64,000 nt of DNA from Octopus vulgaris (Eukaryota): contig OX597825.1 in NCBI GenBank assembly GCA_951406725.2, forward strand, positions 85,622,001 through 85,686,000, written 5' to 3'. The first letter of the stretch is position 1. Each line of letters opens with the position of its first letter. Positions 1-15,070 of this stretch are shown here, one piece after another. The position numbers and the translations under genes were made by a program. The notes under the pieces are model-generated. The model saw only the letters and a program-made list of their open reading frames with translations, was not told where the DNA came from and made no database searches.

Positions 1-195
1 AAATAATGGTATTCAATTGGTGGATTTCAGGGGAAAGTGTAGATTATTAGGGAGAGAGCACCAAAACACAGACACATGCACAGAGAGTCACACATACACA
101 TACACAAACACAAACACAAAAACATACAAGCATACATATATGTATGCGTGTGTATCTGTATATATTTGTGTATGCATGTATGTATGTATGTATGT

Positions 196-278
<83 letters not shown>

Positions 279-1619
279 TTAATGTTTGTTTTAGGTCGTG
301 CTATGATGAAAATTTTAATTAAACTCAAAAATAACTCATTTTTGTAGAGTATATATTTATAATTTAAAAAAGATGGTAAACAGTAACTTCGAAGTTTCGG
401 TCTATTTGCCTTATATTTGTGTGTGTGTGCATGTGTGCGTGTGTGTAAGAAGGCTATTGACTGTGTAGACAGGTTAGTGTAAACAACCAACCAAGTCAGT
501 TTGCAGTACTCCCTAACCAGACTGTAGGATGTATGCATTTCGGAGTGGTTATCTATTCATCAGCACCAGTGATGCTTGCACTAATCGGTGATTCGAGTGT
601 GTGTGTGTTTGTATGTGTGTGTGTGTAGTGTAACTGGAAAAAAGGTGGTGGCATGCTGCAACTGCTGCCGCGCTAATTGCAACACTTCTCTACAACCGAG
701 AATTGCAATTTATTGACGCTAAGGGTTAATATCTTGAACAAGAAAGAACAAACGTTATTTACATGCGAGAAAATCGAAATCACAATTTATTTGAACATAA
801 TTTTTTCCGATGCATTCAGATCTCTGTCTTGCTCTCCATCTCTCTCTCTCTCTCTCATTCTCTTCCCGTAGTTCAAACCCATAATCAGAAATTGCACACA
901 CATGCACCCTTATGTGACTCTGCGCAACTGACTCTCAATAAACTTGTCACTGATATTGGAAATAATTAAGTGTTTATGGCAAGGGATATTCGGGGCTGAA
1001 CGGTGACAAGATACAGCTTGAAGCGACATTGCAAATTTAATTAATCTATTTTCAACTAATTACACCTCCTTTGATTAATGCGATCGTAATTTATCTTGAT
1101 TCTCATCCGATAACATTTCAGTTATCACTGCCTCTTAATTACCTCCCTTGTTTGTTTTTTTTAATTTCTTTTACAACTATTTCATCTGTTAATACGTAGA
1201 TTATTTCCACGTTAGATTGCAACGGTAACACTTTAGTTATCCGCTTTTGTCATTTTTCCCCGAGAATAATCTCGATTTTAATTTAATTCCAGTTTATACG
1301 TTATACCACTTTAATAACATCAAATAATCGTAATCACCTACAGAATTTCCTCGTTAGAACTATTTTTATGTCAAGTATTTCAGTATCTCACTTACTTTTA
1401 TTTTACGTGGAATTATATCGTAAGTCATGTGCAACTAACATGTGATCTGTTTCACCCAATGAGATAACCGTGTTTCGGCGCCATCTGCTTTATAACTTGA
1501 ATGTTGCTTCTGCCAAATGTTGCCATCATGTGAAATGTACAGGAATTGGCCACCTTTGGTAGCGATTTAAATGTTGTCTGCCAAATAAACTCACACACAC
1601 ACACACATACATATATACG

Positions 1620-1660
<41 letters not shown>

Positions 1661-1835
1661 ACATGTATATATATATGTATATGTATATGTATATATATGT
1701 ATATATATATACATTTTATATATATATATTATATATTATATTAATTATATTTATATTATTTGTTATTTATGTATTGGTTTATGTCTATCACTGTTTGAGT
1801 TGCCTAATAGTAGTTTTATCTCTAATTCATATTTT

Positions 1836-1895
<60 letters not shown>

Positions 1896-1902
1896 ATATG
1901 TA

Positions 1903-1952
<50 letters not shown>

Positions 1953-3514
1953 CATATACATATACATATATATACATATATATGCATACATATACATCCA
2001 CACGCACATTATATAGCTGAATGAATGTATGTATTAGATCAATATTTGTAATCATGTAGATTATACAAACATTCTTTGCACATAATGTGAGTTTGCTTCT
2101 CTGATGAGGATTAATCAAAGCGAAACGTATCCTTTACTGTCACCGCGCCTCCTTACAAACATTAGATTTCTTTTTTACCTGAACATGAAAATTTAATTTT
2201 TAGAGAAATTAATCCTCAAATTCTTGAAATTATTTCGCGTTTTTAAGAATCGCTCACAATAACTGAAATGATTTTGGTGACTTTTTACAGAATGAACTGC
2301 ATCATTCTTTAAAAAATGAATAATATATCAGTAATATCTTGTATTGTTTTGAAACGTGGAACTTTATCGTAAACAGGATCAGCAGCTAATCTCTCCATCG
2401 GTAGCAGTTCCATCCATTTCCAATGACTTCATTTTTCTTTCTTTCATCTTTGTTCCTTTGCCTTCGAGTATTATCAAAGTGATAACAATAAAGAATATCT
2501 TCAAAATAAATCAAAATAAACAGAAATAGATTAATGGTGATTTGTTCAAGTTCATTAACGATAATATCAGCCATTGAATATATTTTGGGAGAATAACTTT
2601 TAAGATTCTTTTTACCATTTTATTCCCAGTCTTCAATGGACAGCCGAATCTATTTTGGCAGCCATTACTATTGTCTCTTACGAGCTAATAGATATATAGG
2701 TTAAGGGTGGCGTATAATGAAATGAACACACGCACACATGCACACACACAGAGACACACAGGCACACACATATACACGCTTTCACAGACATATACATACA
2801 CGTACACACACTCGTATACACACACAGTCATACACATAAATATAGTAGTCGCTAAAAAAAATGGCGGAAGGAGTATGAAATCACGCCATTCAAAGTTTTT
2901 CTTAAGAATGAGAGAACGAAACCATTATAGATCAGCAGTTAATAGACGTCTTTAATTAAACAGCGATATCAATTAAGTCTAATCAATCTTATCAATTTCA
3001 GTGGCAGATATATAAAGGAGTTGTGTCGTTCATTCTCTTCCCAATCACATACTCGACTGTGGTAAAAATACTGTAAAGAGAGAAAGAAATTTTTTTCAGT
3101 GAATTACAGCTATTTTACATCTCTTACAACCACTCATTTACAGACCCTTTCTCTCCTTCTCTCCCGCTCTCTCTTCCACCCTCTCATCTTTTGTCCTTTT
3201 TCACACACACACTCTCTCTCTCTTCGTCTTTCACTCTCTCTCTCCCCTTCTCTTTAATTACTTTTCTGTCTCACTCTCCCTTTATCTATCTATAACAAAT
3301 CAATCTACGCCCTATCTACCAACGTATCTCTTGTGTTTCGGTAGACATACGTTATTTATATCGAATGTCGTATATGACATCACATCTCAGATATCTATTT
3401 AGATTTCAAAACGCATTACTCTTCTCTACCTTTCCTTTTCTTTCACTCTCCCTCTCGCTCTCACACTCTCTCACTCTCTCTCTTTATATATATATATCTA
3501 TATATATACACACA

Positions 3515-3545
<31 letters not shown>

Positions 3546-3814
3546 CCACGTGGACGAATAAACATGTATGAACGTAACTGCTACACACGCGCTCACGCAT
3601 AGGCACGTGCTTAATCTATCTATATGTATGTGTGTATATATTAACAAATAAGGCTAAGTTTCAAAAGCTGTACTCAGTACTGGACTACAGCGAAATAGAA
3701 AACGATGCGTAGAGTTTTACATGATTTAATTTCATTTTTATTTTATCGCAGAACTAAACTACAATCTGGTAATTCATATTTGATCCCAAATACACAGCTA
3801 TACATATGTATACA

Positions 3815-3848
<34 letters not shown>

Positions 3849-3942
3849 CATACATACATACATACATACATACATACATACATACATACATACATACATA
3901 CGTACGTACATACATACATACATACATACATACATACATACA

Positions 3943-3975
<33 letters not shown>

Positions 3976-4051
3976 GTATGTATGTACGTATTCAGATGCG
4001 TAATGTATGAACATACGTATATATTATGCACATATGTATAAACACACATAC

Positions 4052-4190
<139 letters not shown>

Positions 4191-5030
4191 GGGTCAATAA
4201 ATAAATTTATATATATGTGTATTTATGTATGTATATGACGTATTATTGGCAGGTTTGACATATACAAAGTTGTATAATGCTATATTGAATATTTCATATC
4301 GCCCAGCAGCTTTCTCCAGTATTATCCAGACTGAATCTATCGTATATATAACATCTCTCCATTCCCGCCCGCCCCCTTCGTCTCTTCTCTTCATCGTCAG
4401 CTTTTCTTCTTTTTCAATGAACTTCCTCCTCTCCACCCATCCATCCTCCTCCTACCCCTTCAACCAGACAGATATCACTGCACGCTTCATCTATTATTCA
4501 CCTCTAGATTCGTTTGCAATTTTAAGTGAATCTAACTAAAACGTCTACATTACATGCCACCTGTCCAAAATATACTTGCAGACAGTTACGAGGTAATCGC
4601 TCCTTCCGAACCTCCATATTCCCTCTCATTTGATATAAGAAGTCTATTTGTGTGTGCGTGTGTATGTATGTGTGTGTGTGTGTGCGCGCATAACTAATTT
4701 GGCTTCGAGATTCCCGCAGTCTAAGGTATCCAGAGGTCGGCAATTTCTTGTAATAGGGTGACATTGAGAAAAAGGGCAGAGTTTACCGTCGCTCAACATG
4801 TCATTCGAACTCGAGCCTTGACTTCATTTCGGTCTGTTTCCTGTCGTTCGTGTTATTGAAATATTTCAGAAAAGTTTAATACTTTCTTTATCATTACCTG
4901 AGAGAAAGTGTAATAACCACACAGCTTAATTTCGTCACTTATAAATCTCAAGTTTCTTTTAACCAACTTAAGAAATTATTATGTTAGCATTGTCCTAAAA
5001 TATTATGTATGCAGGTAGTAAGTTATCAAA

Positions 5031-5249
5031 AGGCGGCGAGCTGGCAGAAACGTTAGCACGCCAGACGAAATGCGTAGCCGTATTTCGTCTGCCGTTACAT
5101 TCCGAGTTCAAATTCCGCCGAGGTCGACTTTGCCTTTCAACCTTTCGGGGTCGATGAAATAAGTACCAGTTACGCACTGGGGTCGATACAATCGACTTAA
5201 TCTGTTTGTCTGTCCTTGTTTGTCTTCTCTGTGTTTAGCCCCTTGTGGG
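5031..5249 (+). mobile_element. tRNA-derived SINE family A (Meta-domain-like), tail type 1
   Basis: GGCGGCGAGCTGGCAGAA head, B box GAGTTCAAATTCC, core GAGGTCGACTTTGCCTTTCA.CCTTTCGGGGTCGATxAAATAAGTACCAG. More than 10 copies in the window. Confidence 0.9.
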
Positions 5250-5525
5250 AGAGTTTATGGCCCCTTATAGATGGCTTGTAGCAATTGTCCTTACTGATCA
5301 TATTTAAAAAGGGATACCTATCACAGCATCGCATCTGGACGAAATGAACGACACACAATCTCACAGACTTCCTTCTGATTTCACTTGGAACTTCTCCGTT
5401 TCATTCAAGAAGTTATTCAGCCCGGAAAAGCTTCAACATCAGAACTTTCCTTTTTTTTTTCTTTTCAGTTTTCTCGTCTTTACCGATTTATGACCTTGAG
5501 CATATTCACATACATTTACATACAG

Positions 5526-5563
<38 letters not shown>

Positions 5564-6051
5564 ACACACATACACACACATACGTCCACACACGCATAAA
5601 CACGTAAAGAAAATTTGCATTCGATCTGACGTTGGGAAGCAACGAATCTATGAATGGCTTTCGATTTTCTTTCTGCTCCCGGCGAAGAGAATGGAGGCCA
5701 GTTTGACCTCATCCGTTCCTATGAACTGTAGATAAACCATCTCAGACTTCAGGATGATGTAAAGAAAACAATATTATTTTGATTTAAAGCTAACAGAAAC
5801 AAGAAAAACAGTGATTTCTCTTGGCTCGGCACAAGGTCAATATATAGCAGTCTACAGCCAGAGGCAACTGATGAAGTCGCCAATTGTATAACGCTCTGTG
5901 CGTGCTTTACCGACCCCAGAGGCTAGGTCTTCCTCGGTTGACTTGTTCTACATTTTATTGTTTCATTACTGGAACCCTAAGGGAAAGGACGTGATATTAA
6001 TGGATTAGGTCCTTGCTCCATTGTGGTTATTTGAATATCTCAGGGATAATT

Positions 6052-6188
<137 letters not shown>

Positions 6189-6340
6189 ACCAATGTATTG
6201 AATTTTCAGGAGATTTTGAGCAATAAATCATATTTATGACAGGAGTTGGTGAAACAGTCAGATCGATAAATTCACATTTACTAAAGTTTTTGAGTAAATA
6301 ATGTATTAATGTATATATGCAGAAACACACACACACAGCG

Positions 6341-6430
<90 letters not shown>

Positions 6431-7047
6431 ATATATTCGTATAACTATGTATTTATTTATGTATCATACTAAATATAAATACGTCATTGAAAGGCAAAAT
6501 TCACTGCGGTATTCCTCGAATAGGCGCGCTGTATTTAAAAATAATATATATATATCGGAGGTAGACAGAATTCCTGTCTATGGCGAGTGAGAACGTTAGA
6601 TGTATTTCTACTTCGGTAGAACGTGTGCCCTCAGCCAACATACTTTGACAAAATCCAACCTCCCACCGTTATGTGTGTTTAATCACAAAGTGTCCATAAG
6701 AGGCACTATCAGGCGAATACCGCAGAAATTCTTCATCACATTACATGACGTACTTACGTGAATCTTGGTACGTAAACGGCCGTTTTATTCTAATGCGGCT
6801 ACTGTTCATATAAGGAATATAGGAGAAATTAAGATAAGGTCAAGTTTATATATTAGTTCCAACGTACGTTTCGACGCGGTGGCAGACTGGAATATGATAA
6901 TCTACCAGGATCTCTAAACACAATAACCAGTTGTACATCTGTTCGTATACGCAAGATATCACTCCATTATATGTAAACCCCAACACTTTGTGTCTGTTTC
7001 TGTATTGGCCCCCTAATATTTCGCTCTCGATGGCAAATAAATGAAAG

Positions 7048-7048
<1 letters not shown>

Positions 7049-7126
<78 letters not shown>

Positions 7127-7176
7127 GAGTGAGTGAGAGAGCAGTGCATGCCATCAAAGTGACACTGGGGTAAAAT
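7049..7176 (-). mobile_element. Short 3' end of a retroposon with an (AAT)n tail
   Basis: Minus strand TTTTACCCCAGTGTCACTTTGATGGCATGCACTGCTCTCTCACTC runs directly into (AAT)n. Confidence 0.5.
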
Positions 7177-7247
7177 CTGTCTGGGGTCCTTGTTGTGATT
7201 GACAGGTGACTAAAGACTCCTGTGCATCCTTACCTCCACTGTGTTAC

Positions 7248-7336
<89 letters not shown>

Positions 7337-8344
7337 GAGTGTATGTACATCTGTAGCTACGTACGTAGGTGGATAAATTAGATGTAAATCAACAAATATG
7401 TGAGAGTGTGTCTCTATCTTCAAATGTCATTGTTTGTCGATAAAAATGAAAAACAATTGTCAATACTAAAAGAAATTACTTGTTTGGAAAATATTGTTTA
7501 TTTAAAAACAATTCTCTTTTTCGTTTCCTTTTTTTTCCACATAGTTCGAGTTTCTTGCTCCTGGCATCATCATTCATAAACTTTCACCTTTAAATATTTG
7601 AACCGGTTTTCTACATTCTGTTGTGAGTTCGTTCTTCTATTTAACGTGATCATTGTTTCGTTTCTAAGGTCATTCTGTTGTGGCTTTATTAAAGCAATGC
7701 CTCAGGATTTCGTCCTTTCATTTGCCATTTCACTGCTTGTTCCACACACTATTAGTCAGCTTCGCTGTTGATTATCTCTGAATAGTTTTTCCAATTCTGT
7801 TTTCGTAAAGTTGTTAGCTTTTTTTTTAAATTCTTTATCAGCAACGTTTGCCATTGGCTGAATCATCCATATCTTTTTTCTCTTCTCCGAGAGAAAGAAA
7901 GGTGAGAATCTGGAAGAGAGGGAGGAAGAGATAAAATGAAGAGGCAGTATGAGTGTTGATATCGATGAATGCTTGTAGTTCGTTCTACTAGGAAGCAGTG
8001 TGTGAAGTGTATTCTGTCCAATAAGATTAAAACCAGTCAAACTATTGACTTTGTAGTTCGGTTGGATGGCCATTCATGACAACACACACAAAACTCCGAT
8101 ATAAAGCTAACATCTCACAAACACGCAAACACATATACATGCATTCACATATAGCCACACATACACAGAAATACACATACGAATATATACAGACATTCAT
8201 ATACATGCATATACATACACACACATAAACACGCCCATGTATACACATACATTCATATACACACACGCACATGAACGTACGTAATTTAATATCGGTTTCC
8301 ATCCCAAGAACACTAACTGGAACTATAGACTCCCAACAAGTGTG

Positions 8345-8383
<39 letters not shown>

Positions 8384-8712
8384 GCACACATACACACACT
8401 CACACACGTGAGTGTTCATGTGTGTACATGTGTGCGTGCATGTGTGTGTTTGTGTGTGTGTGTATGTGTGTGTGTATGTGTGTGTATGAGAGAGAGAGTG
8501 TACGCGCGTGCGTGTCTGTCTGTAGTTGTGTGTCTGCGTTTGAGGCAAGTGAGGCGTTGTCCTTTCCGCAACGGAACACATCAAAAGTTCAAAACTGCCA
8601 CCGACATCGTCCATCGATTAAAATTTCCAAAATCATAATAATAATGATGATGATGATGATGATGATGATGCTGATGATAAGGATGATGATGAAAATAATA
8701 ATAATCATAATG

Positions 8713-8786
<74 letters not shown>

Positions 8787-8862
8787 TCGTAAATACATGC
8801 AAGCAAATATGTATTAGGTTATACATACATGAATGGTCTATATAGGTATACACAAGTGTGTG

Positions 8863-8895
<33 letters not shown>

Positions 8896-9339
8896 CATAC
8901 ATATATATACATATACATATATGTACACATATACAAATACATATATACACCGATACACGCCACATGCATATATATTTGTATATCTAAATGCACATGTAGG
9001 TTAGAGAGTTTCCAGTCAGTGTTGTTGCTATGGAAACCAATATATATTTACATACGCCCATAAAATGAGAGAGAGATAGATACATACATACATATATACA
9101 TACATACGTACTACGTACTTACATTAGGCTGACCTACTGAAAAATCTGCCTTTACTCTTTCCAAATTATAAGTTCGGGTTGATACCTGTAATTATTGGAG
9201 CCCTGGCATATATAACACACTGCCTACATACTAACCTTGAGGCGTTAGGCGTCTCAAAACCAGAAAGGAGAAAGCTGATTCAAAGAATACAGATACAATC
9301 CATCACTGGAACAGTAAAAATATCCCATTCCCATTGCTA

Positions 9340-9381
9340 GTTTCAGTCATTTGACTGTGGTCATGCTGGAGCACCACCTTT
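9340..9381 (-). mobile_element. SINE family B 3'-terminal fragment
   Basis: GTTTCAGTCATTTGACTGTGGTCATGCTGGAGCACCACCTT matches 48650-48690. Confidence 0.7.
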
Positions 9382-10727
9382 CCAGAAGTTTAGCATTTAA
9401 ATATATATGAGTATGTCTAGATAAGCAACTATAGATAAAATATGGCTGGGGTATGTTAGTGAGGAATTTAAGGTAACAGTAACTGAGAATGCAAGGATAT
9501 TACCACTTTTTGGATATTTTCTAACCACACAGTAATCAGCTGTTTATGCAGTATCTTGATAAGATTTCAAAACATTGTGGGTTATGGACCAATACTGTCA
9601 GGTTTTCACTAAGAATCAATTGATCCGAAACAGATCTGGTAGAAGATGCACAATTATTTTTCTGTTATTCCATAGATAAGACATTCGAATACTTTCAAGG
9701 TCTGAAGAAACTTTCTCCCGAATGAATTCCTCATCTCATACGAAGTGAATTTATGAATACATTTGTCTCTGCACGTTATTTCACGAGAGCGATGTTCCAT
9801 TGATTAGGTCAACAGAACACACGTCATCAAAGCCGATGCAGTTCCAGTTTTTGACTCACCCTTCGCCCTTTCTTTGACAAAAGATTTATTTAGACTGAAA
9901 ATTTTGCTAATTTTTCTTTCAGTTTTGGATGATGGAATTCTTTACTTTTGCTCGTTTGACAATGATACATTCATATTGAAATGTTCTTTTGCAGAATCTG
10001 CTTAAAATTTTCAGATTTTCTTTACCAAATTTTATTGGTAACGCGAGAACTTCTTTATCTGATTTCTGCTGCTTATCGCTGCAGAACTAATAGTTTCCAT
10101 TTATCAGCCATCATTATTTTCCGTTTTCCAAATTCACGTCGGCATTTTTTTTTATTGTTTTCTCTTTACTGATTTCTGTATTGTCTTTGAGTGAATTTTT
10201 AACAATTGTACAGAGCATATCTGTGTGTATGTGCATGTGTGTGAATTGGGGTGCGTGTGTGTTTGTGTGAGTATGAATGTACGTCGTTGTTGACTTCTGT
10301 AGTTAGTATCTTCGAGTTAGTTTTAAACCATTGAAAGGAGGTAACACACACAAACACACACACAGAGAAATACATAAGGGTGTGTATGTATGTGTATGGG
10401 GGGAAACATGCGCGAATCGTGTATGAATCAGAAAAGGGCGGCGAATAGAATATTGTTAATAGAATTCCAAGATTTCACCTTTTGACTATTTTCTATGGTC
10501 TATACACGGTAAAAGCAAATAATATATATATATATATATGTATATATCATATCATAATATATTTCTAATATTTCATTTGGGTATAATGATACTAATAAGC
10601 TGATGAAAGAACTGAATATACATATTTTTCAGAAACTTGCGTTATTCGAGTATAGAGCATAAATGACAAGGAAACTAGCAATCAAGGACATATATCTGTA
10701 TGTATGTATGTTTGTGTATATAAATAA

Positions 10728-10783
<56 letters not shown>

Positions 10784-10823
10784 CAGAAGGAGATATATAG
10801 ATAGATAGGTATATATATATATA

Positions 10824-10910
<87 letters not shown>

Positions 10911-11249
10911 TATAGATAGATAGATAGATACACATATATACATACACACACACAAACACAGGTACATATAATGTAAAGAGGAGTTTATTTACCACAATGT
11001 TGATTTATTGATTTCATTGAGAGCTTTCATCCTTAATTTCAATGTTTTACCTCGCAGTGGAATTTTAAAAACGAAATAATGGTTTTTAGAAACAATGCAT
11101 TAAAAATACATTCCAATTCTTCATATTATTTCTGCTCATAATGGAATTATTTCGTGGCCATTAGTATTGTCAACGGAAGTGAGCGGTGGACGATCGCCAT
11201 TGTGGACTTTCATCTGTTGTCACGTGTTGGTGACGTCATGTGTATTCGC

Positions 11250-11750
11250 CGAATATATCCGTTCACTGCTATTTGTCGTCAAGTGTATCTTTTGAAAGTG
11301 AAATCAATATTAGAATCAACAACTTTCTCGTACATTCAACAAATGTGACTTGCTTGCGTAATTGTTTGTCCGTAAAATAATTAAACTTTCGCTGAAGTTT
11401 GTCCCAATATAATTTCATTCTTATTCATGCAACACGCCGAGGGATCTCCGTATCGCCATATTTGCAAGAAATAACAAAAGAATGTCATTATTGACTCCAC
11501 AATCCCAAGAAATTATTTACAATATATGTCTTCTGTAATTCGTACAATTGTATTTCCATTTTCGATATTGTTTTTCTTTCGTTCTTTACCAGTTTTGCAG
11601 CTGCTGTCGCGTGTAGTCATATTGTTAGCAAGAAATCTATATTTGGTGGAATCGGGGTTCAGACGAATACCACTAGGCAATCGAATGAAACGTTTCTTCG
11701 ATGAATTCCAGGAAAGGAATAAATTTATTTAACAAAACTGATGTTTGTAG
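11250..11750 (-). mobile_element. Possible degenerate Helitron RepHel fragment
   Basis: Minus-strand translation LSWNSSKKRFIR...LNPDST...IENG...LGIVES..FFCYFLQIWRYGDPSA...DSNIDFT loosely follows the order of motifs between the Helitron Rep and helicase domains. It contains stops. Confidence 0.3.
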
Positions 11751-11825
11751 CAATAAAGTTTCACATAGTATTGATCGGAAGTGCATACTATGTCACGCCA
11801 ATGTTATTCACAACTGAACGGTAAC

Positions 11826-12054
11826 AGAGCTGACAGAAACGTTAGCGCGCCGGGCGATATGCTTAGCCGTATTTCGTCTGCCGTTACATTCTGAGTTCAA
11901 ATTCCGCCGAGGCCGACTTTGCCTTTCATCCTTTTGGGGTCGATAAATTAAGTACCATTTACGCACTGGGATCGATGTAATCGACTTAATCCCTTTGTCT
12001 GTCTTTGTTTGTCCCCTCTATGTTTAGCCACTTGTGGGTAGTAAAGAAATAGGT
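11826..12054 (+). mobile_element. SINE family A, tail type 1
   Basis: Aligns along its length with 5031-5249. Confidence 0.9.
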
Positions 12055-12194
12055 AACAGATCTGTATGCATATATATGTGTGTATGTTTTGTTGTTGTTG
12101 TTTTCAATTATCTGGCTCCTTCCTCTGAGGATGGAGCTACTTTCTAACAATGATACAAAGCTCCATCGTTGGATTATAAATAACAAAAGCGAAT

Positions 12195-12500
12195 TTGGGT
12201 TTAGGGGATTCAATTCACGGGTTTACGGTTGTTAGTGAGATTCCTAACGCTGTTTTGTGTCCTTGAGCAAGACACTTCACCTCACTCTGCACTCGTCCAT
12301 TCAGCTGGCAGGAATGAATTGTTCCAGTAATTCACTGGGCCAGCCTTGGTACTTTGAATTACGCCGAATCTCACTGAGTACTACGTTAAGGTTATGCGTG
12401 TCTGTGGAGTACTCAGCCACTTGGACGTTAATTGCAACGGCAGGCTGTTCGGTTGATGGAATCAGCTGGAACCCTCGTCGTCGTAACCGACGGAATACCA
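12195..12500 (+). mobile_element. tRNA-derived SINE family C
   Basis: TGTGTCCTTGAGCAAGACACT domain and tail ending GGAACCCTCGTCGTCGTAACCGACGGA. Matches the copies at 22511, 28817 and 37584. Confidence 0.85.
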
Positions 12501-12740
12501 GTAATATTTTGACATAGGTGCACGTGCACTCGCTACCGGATAAACATAATATTCCTTGACATACATGAAAGTCCCTCGTGGCGTATTTCAAACCGATTAC
12601 TTCAAATGTGACAAGGCTTGTGTTAAGTGAATATGGTGGAAAGCATTTTTGAACATGTTAGTGAATGTGTACATATATATATATATGCAACAATATGTAT
12701 TTATGTATGTTTAAATATTTACATACATATATATACACCA

Positions 12741-12810
<70 letters not shown>

Positions 12811-12828
12811 TATATAGATATATATATA

Positions 12829-13022
12829 GGGAGAGTATACGAAAAAAAAAAACAAAAGACGAAGACAGGTGGTGTACAAAACAAACAGATGAATTAGTAT
12901 AGCACTCAAGAATAGAAAAAGTATTTTACGCTTCCAGCCTACGCTCTTCTACAGAAAGGGACACAGAAAAAACAAGGGGAGAAACAAGGAGAGAAAAATA
13001 TGTGTGTAGTGGCTAACGATCT
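12829..13022 (-). mobile_element. Repeat family E (Penelope pseudo-LTR-like, hammerhead-like motif)
   Basis: Homologous to 42400-42575 and 48121-48300. Minus strand CTGTAGAAGAGCGTAGGCTGGAAGCGTA. Abuts (TA)n. Confidence 0.7.
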
Positions 13023-13964
13023 GTGTGTGTGTGTGTATATGAATATATGTATGTATGTAAGTATATTTGCAAATGGGAGATTTATACATTCGTATATATT
13101 AGTAGATGTGTTTGTTTGTACGTGTGTGTTCAAGCCTATCCGTATATTTATGTCACTGTGTATATACTAAACAAAATGATGTCAGATGTGTAAGTGCATA
13201 TGTATTTACCTGTGTGTATACATGTAAGAAAACGCGCATGCGTATACACGTGTATGTCTATTTATACATCGGCGTATGCAAGACAAACTCACAGCTGCTA
13301 TAAGAAATCGATCTCGTGTTCTTATCGCCACAGAAATTCCAGTCAGTTCATTCAATCATCTTCGAACACTTTGATCTGCAACAAGATCAATAAAACTCCA
13401 TCAAACGATCTTTGGCCAGACCTCTACATTGATACGGCCATGTTTAAGTCTTTTAATAAATTCCACCTCATGGTATCTTTAGAACTCATAGATGCCGACA
13501 CCAAGTTTAAGAATTCATTTCCAGAACCATCGATCTGCTAAGACATTTTCTGCGACGTGTCATTAATCAAGCGATCCACTTGTGAGCCTCGTTCTCATAT
13601 CAAAGCAACAACCAATATGGCCGTCCTCAATTGTTTTTCTTTCCATTTTTTGCTCTCATTTTTATTCTTTCGCATTTGTGTGTTGGGGTCATGTCTATAT
13701 AATAGGTTATCGATTAAGCAAACTACGGAGCTATACGTTTTTAATCCTATGACTATGTTTAAACACATACGTGCATCTATAATTAACTGTTTATATGCAA
13801 ACATACACGCGATTACGCTCATTCATGTATACATGTAGGTAAAAAGATATATAAATGCAAAACTATATGTGTGTGTGCGCATATGTACGAGTGTGTTTGT
13901 GTGCCTCTGTATGTATATATCATATTTAAGAATATACATACGTATATATATTTATGTTTAGATA

Positions 13965-14001
<37 letters not shown>

Positions 14002-14068
14002 ACAATGCATATAACTATAGACACAGATAGACGAACAAATAGACAGACAGACAGACAGATAGATGGAT

Positions 14069-14165
<97 letters not shown>

Positions 14166-14246
14166 GTGAGTAGATAGATGAATCAATTGATGAATGGATA
14201 GGTAAAGAAACCGACGGTGATAAGGATACATAGATAACTATATATA

Positions 14247-14278
<32 letters not shown>

Positions 14279-14291
14279 CGCATACATATGG

Positions 14292-14346
<55 letters not shown>

Positions 14347-14985
14347 TACATATGTATAAATAGATAGATATATAACGAAAGAGAGGTAAAGAAATATATA
14401 TGTGTATGTATGTGTGTGTGTGTATATAAATATAGGTGTATTTATAGAACATCCACCGATCGATCTGCCATCTGGCCGTGTCAATCTAACGACCTAATGC
14501 ACCTTCCTACGTGTTCCATCACTGACTACAATACTTACATCTTGCATGTGCAAATAGATAATAAGTGGGACTACCCTGTAAATGACGTGTGTTTCAGCGC
14601 GTCTTGTGTTATGCTTATATCGAATCCCATCATGGAGACGTATTCGGCAGCAAATCAATATGGTTAACGGTCGATTGATAGATGTGTCTCGTTGAATACA
14701 TCGAAACTGGTTCACATAGATATTCTAATACGAAACATACTGTGTTGTATGCTCAATCATATATACATTCACAGACACGCATACGAAGATATGTGTGCGT
14801 GTGTGCGTGTGTGAGCGTGTGTGGGGGGGGTCGTATCTATCAATGCATGGATTTATGCATATGTATATTAACATACATTCATGCATATATATATACAAAT
14901 ACATAGATTATATACATACACGTATAGATAGATAGATAGATAGATAGGTAGGTAGATAGAGAGAGAGAGAGAGAGAGAGAGGAAC

Positions 14986-15070
<85 letters not shown>

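Noticed and set aside
47-538. Many 60-220 aa ORFs rich in YI/HT/CV/YLSI throughout the window
   Set aside because: Microsatellite translations with no protein-like composition.
5867-5900. CTGATGA possible hammerhead or box C motif
   Set aside because: No stem II or GAAA downstream.
13194-13640. Complex non-repetitive sequence with short ORFs
   Set aside because: No recognisable protein motif or convincing splice sites.
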